Of a stretch of DNA of 6,119 nt, positions 1 to 5,161 are shown piece by piece. The position numbers and the translations under genes are program-made. Under the pieces are notes generated by a model. That model was not told the DNA's origin. It saw only the letters and a list, made by a program, of their open reading frames with translations, and did not search any database. The DNA is from a virus: IMG/VR virus record IMGVR_UViG_3300038585_000197, positions 1-6,119 of that record. One strand, 5' to 3'. How positions within the stretch are numbered: the stretch's first letter is position 1; the number at the start of each line of letters is the position of its first letter.

Positions 1-99
1 TTCCAAGGAACGTGCCAATAGTTGTTGCCATACGATGAGAGACTGGGCGCAGTATTTGATCGATTAGAAATTGCATTACTTAACCTTTCTTTGTGCAAT
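1..99. repeat. Terminal direct repeat, copy 1 (assembly overlap of a circular genome)
   Basis: Positions 1-99 (ttccaaggaacgtgccaatag...ctttctttgtgcaat) match 6021-6119 base for base when read by eye. This implies a circular unit of 6,020 nt. The repeat carries a duplicated 5' fragment (76..1, - strand) of the small ORF annotated at 5923..6096. Confidence 0.95.
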
Positions 100-400
100 A
101 TGGAACATAGCGGCGAGAGTTACCGCCTTTGCTTTTGTTATTAGTTGGGCGTTGTTTACAGGTTTGTCGCGACAAAGGCTTTTCACGCGACAATACCCGC
201 TTTTGAGAGGGAGCAACGCCCTTGGTATGGTCAATTTCTTGCCCAACCAATGCTTTTTGATTTACTCTTCCGATTTTTTCGTATTCGGAAAAGGTGTCAA
301 TGAATGTCCGCCTTTTAACCGATCGCGCAATTCGCGCTTGGTTGACCGGTCTTGGGGCGGTTATTTGTGTTCTTTGACTTTTTCCTGGTCGGCGAGCCAT
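80..400 (-). CDS. Highly basic 106-aa protein; candidate DNA-binding/packaging protein (functional analogue of phiX174 J or gokushovirus VP8/ORF5)
   Basis: It is the only long --strand ORF filling the gap between the Rep gene and the next gene. It is rich in Arg/Lys (MARRPGKSQRTQ..., ...KQRPTNNKSKGGNSRRY...). An AAAGG motif lies about 10 nt upstream of the ATG. The start overlaps the Rep 3' end by 40 nt. Its stop (82..80) lies 3 nt before the ATG of the 57-aa ORF on the circle. I did not recognise any sequence family. Confidence 0.6.
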   Translation of the reverse strand: MARRPGKSQRTQITAPRPVNQARIARSVKRRTFIDTFSEYEKIGRVNQKALVGQEIDHTKGVAPSQKRVLSREKPLSRQTCKQRPTNNKSKGGNSRRYVPYCTKKG

Positions 401-1398
401 TTTTTTGTTGCCTTTGCTTCTGCTTCCATTTCTTGACGGTTCTGCTCTTTATAGAGTGTCCACCTTGCTCTTCTTTCCTGGAATTCATCAATTTCAGCAA
501 TTTCCTCGCTTGTCAACACCACACCGGCCATAGAGCGCGGCGCGTGGGTTTCGGAATAGAATTTTATCTGCTCAGAAATTGGCAAATTTTCAAAGGCATC
601 TTTTATTTTCTTCAAATTATAGCGCCGATATGCATTTTCCATCCATTCTGTTTTTCTAGCATTTATGCCTTCCGGCCATAGTTCGAATAATCTATCAAAA
701 TACACCTCTTGCGCTTTTCCTTGCAGGGTATAGCGCCATTTTGAAGGATGCGCATTCGGAGGCATATAATTAAAGTTACGCGGAAAGACCTGCATTTCAG
801 CTTGTCTTTCTGCGAATTGACGCACCATTTGTTCGCCTAGAATTGGTCGTTTTGAGTAGCCGATCCATTCGCTTAGGTGCTGAGTTTTGTCGCGCTTTTT
901 CTTGCGCTCCTGTTCTTTGGCCTTCACCAGATATTTAACAATATATCGGATTTTGGCCTCAGATGTTCCGTGATCTGCATAGACATAGCCCCAAGGCCAG
1001 TGCTTCCAGCTCACGTAGTTTTTTTTATTTGGTATCTCGGGAGGTATCCCTTGGCCCATGAGGAGTACGTGGAAGTGGGTTCGCCCTTTTCTTTCACCGT
1101 ACTCACCAGCGGCCAGATATTTGAACTGCCAGTGACGCCTTAAACGACGTTGGAATTTTTGAAAGTCCTCCACGGTGACTATTTTGGTTTGAAGGGGATT
1201 TGTTATTTTCTTATCGTCGTAAGTAAGTGTTAGGGCCATGGTCCAGTCTGATTTATGGCTTTCCATAAGGCAGCGCCCGATCAAATCAAACATTTTGTTT
1301 TTTGAACATGCGTAGCAATGATTACACGGCACTAGGACCTTTTCATAAGTTGGCCCAGATAGTTTCCAAATCGGTTGTGGATTTACACACATTTGCAT
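361..1398 (-). CDS. Microviridae replication initiation protein (VP4 / phiX174 gpA-type HUH rolling-circle endonuclease)
   Basis: 345 aa. RCR motif 1 is present as ALTLTYDD. The HUH motif is present as RTHFHVLLMG, preceded by YLAAGEYGERKGR. The two-tyrosine catalytic motif is IRYIVKYLVKAK (Y-x-x-K-Y). An N-terminal Cys cluster PCNHCYAC is typical of VP4. SD AAGGA lies about 6 nt upstream of the ATG. Confidence 0.93.
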   Translation of the reverse strand: MQMCVNPQPIWKLSGPTYEKVLVPCNHCYACSKNKMFDLIGRCLMESHKSDWTMALTLTYDDKKITNPLQTKIVTVEDFQKFQRRLRRHWQFKYLAAGEYGERKGRTHFHVLLMGQGIPPEIPNKKNYVSWKHWPWGYVYADHGTSEAKIRYIVKYLVKAKEQERKKKRDKTQHLSEWIGYSKRPILGEQMVRQFAERQAEMQVFPRNFNYMPPNAHPSKWRYTLQGKAQEVYFDRLFELWPEGINARKTEWMENAYRRYNLKKIKDAFENLPISEQIKFYSETHAPRSMAGVVLTSEEIAEIDEFQERRARWTLYKEQNRQEMEAEAKATKKWLADQEKVKEHK

Positions 1399-1461
1399 TT
1401 TTTCCTTCTCTTTCGTCGTTAGGCGTGACGGCAGTTAGAATACGGTATCAAGAGATGTATT

Positions 1462-1504
1462 CAAACAGCCCCGAAATTTCTAGGAGAAATTTCGGGGCTG
1501 TTTG
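1462..1504. terminator. Perfect 20-bp stem / 3-nt loop hairpin, intrinsic-terminator-like; the strong T-tract is on the + strand side
   Basis: The sequence is caaacagccccgaaatttct-agg-agaaatttcggggctgtttg. The arms are exact reverse complements. On + it is followed by cTTTTTTa (1505-1512). On - it is followed only by gaatacatc, although the last stem bases supply UUUG. It lies 64 nt upstream of the Rep ATG in the - direction. Confidence 0.7.
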
Positions 1505-1604
1505 CTTTTTTAGCGTCTCACGTCGCTTTTTTTGCTTTGACCGTTGCAGCGCGCACATGGTGACCTATCGGGCTAACTGCTAAGACGGATCAAAGGTATA
1601 TTGA

Positions 1605-1620
1605 AGCCCCTTGCGGGGCT
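1605..1620. other. Short GC hairpin (6-bp stem, 4-nt loop)
   Basis: The sequence is agcccc-ttgc-ggggct. It shares the cggggctg arm sequence with the 1462-1504 hairpin. Confidence 0.4.
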
Positions 1621-1754
1621 GCTTTGTGAGCACACACGCACGCCGCTTCGCTGGGCGGCATGTATGCAGACGCTATTTTTTTGAGAATTCAGGAATGCGC
1701 TAGGCCGTTTGCGTTGTAACCGCGTACGATCCGGCTTTGCCCTATTCCTGAGAA

Positions 1755-1770
1755 GCGGCCTGCTGGCCGC
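1755..1770 (+). terminator. GC hairpin (6-bp stem, tetraloop) followed by a T-rich tail on the + strand
   Basis: The sequence is gcggcc-tgct-ggccgc, followed by gtttatttgtattctgttggttt on +. The tail in the - sense (ttctcagg) is poor. Confidence 0.35.
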
Positions 1771-1792
1771 GTTTATTTGTATTCTGTTGGTT

Positions 1793-1833
1793 TGGGGGGC
1801 GGTACCCACCTCGCTTCGCTCGCCCACCCCCCA
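1793..1833. other. Imperfect hairpin closed by a G6:C6 run
   Basis: tgggggg (1793-1799) pairs with cccccca (1827-1833). After a 1x1 mismatch, gg (1801-1802) pairs with cc (1824-1825). The loop is about 21 nt and contains ctcgcttcgctcg. Confidence 0.35.
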
Positions 1834-1936
1834 TTAATTGCGCTTGTGGCGCTTTTGATTTGCTTAGAGAGGTCTAGCTTATAATTTGTCGTCTGCCCTA
1901 TGCCTTGCGGCTAAAATCGGGCTTAGAAACGAATTA

Positions 1937-1955
1937 GGGCCGCTTAATGCGACCC
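1937..1955 (-). terminator. Imperfect hairpin spanning the stop codon of the last gene of the - strand gene string; candidate weak terminator
   Basis: On +, gggccgc-ttaat-gcgaccc forms 7 pairing positions with one C.A mismatch. In the - sense it is followed by taattcgtttctaagcccgatttt, which is moderately U-rich. The stop codon of the 60-aa ORF lies in the loop. Confidence 0.3.
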
Positions 1956-2126
1956 CATTGTTGGTTCTTTTTTTTCCTCATCATTTTGCCTTCGGAGTCG
2001 AGTGTGTTGCAAAATATTGTGCATGTGCTCAGAGAGTTGAGCATTTAGGAGTATCAATTGATTGAAGTCGAGGCGACAGATCGCGTCGACCGCGTCTGTC
2101 ATCGCTTTTTCTTTATTAATTGGCAT
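1944..2126 (-). CDS. Hypothetical 60-aa protein, apparently soluble with an acidic C-terminus
   Basis: The ORF track gives 1944..2168 (74 aa), but codon 2168..2166 is GTG. The in-frame ATG at 2126..2124 has SD AAGAGG about 9 nt upstream. That ATG overlaps the peptidase stop by 11 nt (aacaATGCCAATTAA). The product is MPINKEKAMTDAVDAICRLDFNQLILLNAQLSEHMHNILQHTRLRRQNDEEKKEPTMGSH. There is no TM segment and no lipobox. Confidence 0.5.
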   Translation of the reverse strand: MPINKEKAMTDAVDAICRLDFNQLILLNAQLSEHMHNILQHTRLRRQNDEEKKEPTMGSH

Positions 2127-2901
2127 TGTTGAGAACCTCTTTTGAAAATTCGGTATCTGTTGTTTCACCTGTTATTAGGTTGACCTTATCGCCACCCTTT
2201 ACTGCGTTATATGGCGTTACAGTTTCTTGCCACCCGTCATGAATGACGGTTGCACGTGAACGCCAGTCTCTTAACTCCCAATGGGCAGGGTCCCATTTGA
2301 ATGTATCATTTGGATCGCGAAGATCGGATTGAAAGAGGCTAGAAGTCTCATCACCGCCCCAGATTAATTTGTATCCATTTCGTTTTGCAATTCGCTTTCC
2401 TGTCATACCGACATAAAGCCAAAATTCTTTGGGAGCATCCCAATGATGATAAGCATGCACTACATCAATCGCGCAGCTACGTTGATGCGCGCCGTTTGTT
2501 GTTTTTGACAAACGTCGCTCAAACAATGTTTGCTGGAGATCAGGCGATCTATAGCAAGTATGGACGTACATAGGTATTCCGTCCTTTTTAAGTTGTCGAA
2601 ACAACTTTTCAGTAAATTCACGCAATTCTGGAGGACAACCAACCCAGTTAGCGCGAGAATGCTGTTTTAGCATGTAATTGCTAGAGAATGTATCTTGTGG
2701 AGATTTCAAGTATTGAAGTTGCTTTGCAACATCTTCAGGAAACCATTTTTGAAAGGGATCAACAGGATGTGGCTTAAAATTTTGCCACGCACGACGCATT
2801 AATTCGCTCGGCGTTGTTTTGATATACCCCTTATCAAGTAAGGTTTTATTTAATTTGGCGACTAGCGCCCTAATTAAAAGATTTTTTTCTGATTTTCTCA
2901 T
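2116..2901 (-). CDS. Zinc D,D-/L,D-peptidase of the VanY / Peptidase_M15 superfamily (endolysin-like cell-wall hydrolase)
   Basis: 261 aa. The Zn-ligand motif H-x6-D is present in GAHQRSCAIDVVH. A downstream WGGD is followed by DPAHWE (the D-x-x-H-[WF]-E motif). An upstream YRSPDLQQTLF segment matches the R-x-x-x-Q helix of M15_4/VanY-type enzymes. SD AAAGG lies 7 nt upstream of the ATG. About 85 N-terminal residues have no recognised domain and there is no obvious signal peptide. Confidence 0.85.
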   Translation of the reverse strand: MRKSEKNLLIRALVAKLNKTLLDKGYIKTTPSELMRRAWQNFKPHPVDPFQKWFPEDVAKQLQYLKSPQDTFSSNYMLKQHSRANWVGCPPELREFTEKLFRQLKKDGIPMYVHTCYRSPDLQQTLFERRLSKTTNGAHQRSCAIDVVHAYHHWDAPKEFWLYVGMTGKRIAKRNGYKLIWGGDETSSLFQSDLRDPNDTFKWDPAHWELRDWRSRATVIHDGWQETVTPYNAVKGGDKVNLITGETTDTEFSKEVLNNAN

Positions 2902-2922
2902 GTTTTTGCCTTTGTTTAAGAA

Positions 2923-2944
2923 AGGCCCCCAATTAAGGGAGCCT
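2923..2944 (-). terminator. Intergenic hairpin between the 166-aa gene and the peptidase gene; candidate partial terminator/attenuator
   Basis: On +, aggccccc-aattaa-gggagcct forms 8 pairing positions with one mismatch. In the - sense it is followed by ttcttaaac, then the SD AAAGG and the peptidase ATG. It sits in a 67-nt gap, the largest gap inside the gene string. Confidence 0.35.
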
Positions 2945-2968
2945 CGTTTACTTATTTAAGAACGGCAT

Positions 2969-3469
2969 TTACACCGCTTCCGAGGTTGTTTCCTCGGTTG
3001 TTTCCTCAGTTGCCTGCGAATCTGCTTCGGATGTTTCCTCGGTCTCTTCCTCATCGTCAATCACCTCGGTTGTTGGGCGTTTTTGCATCATTTTATCAAA
3101 TTCTGCTTTTTGTGCTTTCATCGCCGTGCGATTTTGTAGCTCCAACCTTCGAACCGCCTGTTTAACAATCGCGTTAAAGCCATCATCAAGCGGTTTCATT
3201 TCCGCGTTTGTGAAAACCTCCCCTTCGCTTACACGAAGTCGAGTTTTCGGCGCATAAACTGCGCTTTCGACGGAAGTTGACAGGTGATAATGGTCATTCG
3301 GACCCTCCACCTTAAATTCGCTGCCATATCCTAGAAGAATCTTGTCCGCCCCTAAATGGAGATAAAGCGCGGCGGGCGCCGCCAAACGAATGTGACAATT
3401 TCCATACGCGGGAATTTTATTGCCTTTCGGCATATGTTCCCAGTCGAGGCTATACTTGATCTTTTGCAT
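2969..3469 (-). CDS. Hypothetical 166-aa protein with a strongly acidic Glu/Thr-rich C-terminal tail; possible internal scaffolding (VP3-like) or other structural protein
   Basis: The start overlaps the capsid gene stop as TAATG. SD GGAG lies 8 nt upstream. The C-terminus is EVIDDEEETEETSEADSQATEETTEETTSEAV. Position immediately after the capsid gene suggests a morphogenesis role. I recognised no family motif. Confidence 0.6.
   Translation of the reverse strand: MQKIKYSLDWEHMPKGNKIPAYGNCHIRLAAPAALYLHLGADKILLGYGSEFKVEGPNDHYHLSTSVESAVYAPKTRLRVSEGEVFTNAEMKPLDDGFNAIVKQAVRRLELQNRTAMKAQKAEFDKMMQKRPTTEVIDDEEETEETSEADSQATEETTEETTSEAV
2984..3007. repeat. 12-bp tandem duplication (2 exact copies) inside the acidic tail coding region
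   Basis: ggttgtttcctc occurs at 2984-2995 and again at 2996-3007, followed by the related agttgc. It encodes the repeated EETT units in the - sense. Confidence 0.85.
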
Positions 3470-5136
3470 TAGACTTGCTCCGCTTCCACCATGGCGAATT
3501 CTGAATTATCTTCATTCAGAACATCACCGAATTGAGTTATTCCCGTAATTGTCAGTTGTTGTTGAACACCAATGTTTACGATGTGATTAGCTGGCACGCT
3601 AAAGACATCTTGAGGGAATGGTGAAGGACAAAGCCAATGGTCTGATGTAAATACGGGATCAACAATGTCGGCTTGCCAAATTGCAGTACGCCCCGACGTA
3701 TTTGGAGTACCTGGGGTACTTTGGATAAATTCACCACCGAGCCGCGTAAACTCACGTTTCCATTTGGAATTCATAGGCTCATAGCCGAATGTCCCCGCAG
3801 GTGTGGAATGAGCCGTATCCAAACGACGGTTCAAAACCGTATCAACAGGTTCAGTTCGCTGAATGTCGCGCAATGCATTTGGAAGATCATCGACGTCCGT
3901 GACATATAGATACTCGTCAGCTTGCCGCTCGTAAAGACGCTCAGGCATTACCTCAACAGTTGCCATTATAATCCCGCCGTATTCAGCGGTCGGAACGTTG
4001 ACGCTAAGCGTCATTTGAGCGCGACCAGTGCTAACACTGTCATCTAGGTTTGCAGCGTCAGTTGCGTGGCGTTCCGTCATTCCAAACACAACCGTTTTGC
4101 TATCAAGCAACCAAGGACGGTGCATAAGCTCATTTGGAACAGTGAAGCCCTGCAATAATTCAGACATAACAACATCATCGTTGTTGAAGCCGCTGAAATT
4201 TGAACCTGCATACGCAGCGGCCCGTTTTGCAAATGCCTGAGTTGTGCGGGCCTTATCAATATCCATAAGCGACGTTGGAATAGTCACACCTGTCATTTCA
4301 GCATTGATATCAGGAACACCTGCGGCACCTTCTTTCACAACGGTATGTGCTTCGCCCGCTCCGACTGGAGTTGCCGGACCATCTGAGACCCATCCAGTAA
4401 ATGTAACGTGTCCTGCATCTGCCGTAGTCGCCACATTCGAATACGACGTTGAAGCACTTTCGTTACGGATGCCAAATCCACTTACAGGAATTTGACCCGC
4501 TGTTACATCCAGATCAAGAGAACCTACAACTAGCGCTTGTTCATAATCTGGTACAATTTCAGACATACGATTGCGTGGCCAAAAGGCTTGCTTCAATGTT
4601 CGTGCATTGACTGCACTTTCTGCCCAATAGTCGTATTTCGTCATTTTTGACGAATGCGCCGCTAGTCGAAAATTTTGAATATGATTATATGCATCGATAT
4701 AATCATGGTTCATTTCCTGACCTGCAACACCGTGTATTCCTAGCGCCTGATAAATTTCCCCCGCCAAATCTGCATTCACTGATCCCGAAGGCGTCACCTC
4801 AAATAATGTCGGCGCCGCTCTCGTTGTACTATTCAAAGCTGTAATGGATTTGCCATGGTATGCGTGCGTATACTCATCCAATCCGCTAAAATGAGGTAGA
4901 GATGGGCGCGGAACAAACCACACTTGGCCACGGCCAATTACGGCGTTTTCAAGAGGTTTAGGCATTTCTGCCAATTGTAAATCGAGCGCAATCCGGCCCG
5001 AACAACTATCCTTTCGGAATAGCGGAGCAACCGCAACAGGAATTACCACGCCAGCATCACCGGACGTTCGGGTCGAACAATAATCCGGTCGGCGTGTCAT
5101 TCCGTACTCAATAGGTCTTGCATCTTGTCTAATCAT
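3469..5136 (-). CDS. Microviridae major capsid protein (VP1 / phiX174 F family)
   Basis: 555 aa, the largest ORF, with a size typical of non-bullavirus microviruses. The N-terminal pattern GVVIPVAVAPL...D...(about 30 aa)...VWFVPRPSL resembles the conserved G-x-[LV]-[IV]-P-[IV] ... F-[FV]-V-P-x-R layout of VP1/F proteins. A strong SD AGGAG lies 8 nt upstream. Synteny with the pilot and Rep genes supports the call. Confidence 0.88.
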   Translation of the reverse strand: MIRQDARPIEYGMTRRPDYCSTRTSGDAGVVIPVAVAPLFRKDSCSGRIALDLQLAEMPKPLENAVIGRGQVWFVPRPSLPHFSGLDEYTHAYHGKSITALNSTTRAAPTLFEVTPSGSVNADLAGEIYQALGIHGVAGQEMNHDYIDAYNHIQNFRLAAHSSKMTKYDYWAESAVNARTLKQAFWPRNRMSEIVPDYEQALVVGSLDLDVTAGQIPVSGFGIRNESASTSYSNVATTADAGHVTFTGWVSDGPATPVGAGEAHTVVKEGAAGVPDINAEMTGVTIPTSLMDIDKARTTQAFAKRAAAYAGSNFSGFNNDDVVMSELLQGFTVPNELMHRPWLLDSKTVVFGMTERHATDAANLDDSVSTGRAQMTLSVNVPTAEYGGIIMATVEVMPERLYERQADEYLYVTDVDDLPNALRDIQRTEPVDTVLNRRLDTAHSTPAGTFGYEPMNSKWKREFTRLGGEFIQSTPGTPNTSGRTAIWQADIVDPVFTSDHWLCPSPFPQDVFSVPANHIVNIGVQQQLTITGITQFGDVLNEDNSEFAMVEAEQV

Positions 5137-5161
5137 TTCATTTTCTCCTGATTAGGTTAGG

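Larger units (their letters stand above)
1399..1943. promoter_or_regulatory. Long non-coding region (~545 nt) rich in stem-loops; presumed site of transcription termination/initiation and possibly of replication cis elements
   Basis: No convincing SD-led ORF is present. There are multiple GC-rich hairpins (1462-1504, 1605-1620, 1755-1770, 1793-1833, 1937-1955). Several T7-T8 runs occur on the + strand. Hand counts of 60-nt blocks give roughly 53-58% GC for 1621-1860, against roughly 32-52% in the coding blocks I counted. Confidence 0.7.

Noticed and set aside
1466-1652. Shared motifs among the NCR hairpins: cggggctg at 1493-1500 and 1614-1621, with its complement at 1466-1473. Also the 9-mer cgcttcgct at 1644-1652, repeated outside this span at 1812-1820. 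Considered as possible iterons.
   Set aside because: 8-9-mers recur by chance at about this frequency within 545 nt of GC-rich sequence. Spacing is irregular. GGGGCT-type arms are a generic terminator-like composition.
1748-1775. Hammerhead-ribozyme-like arrangement on + (CUGAGAA followed by the stem-loop gcggcc-tgct-ggccgc).
   Set aside because: The conserved core is not satisfied. CUGAGAA does not fit CUGANGA, and GUUUA rather than GAAA follows the stem. No helix I/III partners were seen.
1930-1955. dif/XerCD-like site on the - strand (GGGTCGCATTAA GCGGCC CTAATTCG), considered because some microvirus prophages integrate at dif.
   Set aside because: Only the XerC-arm-like TCGCAT core resembles dif, and it carries an extra T. 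The XerD-arm TTATG..AAAT element is absent. The sequence is better explained as the imperfect hairpin at the end of the last ORF.
1855-1975. A + strand promoter-like TTGATT - 19 nt - TATAAT (1855-1885), a downstream hairpin (1937-1955) and a T8 run (1968-1975), together a possible antisense small RNA unit.
   Set aside because: The 19-nt spacer is longer than optimal. The T8 run is 12 nt away from the hairpin, so this is not a canonical intrinsic terminator. T8 is also simply the Lys-Lys codons of the - strand ORF. It is worth checking only if strand-specific RNA data exist.
2127-2168. The longer 74-aa version of the ORF downstream of the peptidase, starting at 2168.
   Set aside because: Codon 2168..2166 is GTG with no SD, and it would overlap the peptidase gene by 53 nt. 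The internal ATG at 2126 has an AAGAGG SD and is preferred.
315-4259. Nested alternative-frame - strand ORFs 315..500 (61 aa), 2460..2642 (60 aa) and 4077..4259 (60 aa).
   Set aside because: They are barely above the length threshold and lie wholly inside the Rep, peptidase and capsid genes. I noticed no SD. Overlapping genes do exist in microviruses, so conservation in relatives would be needed before calling them.
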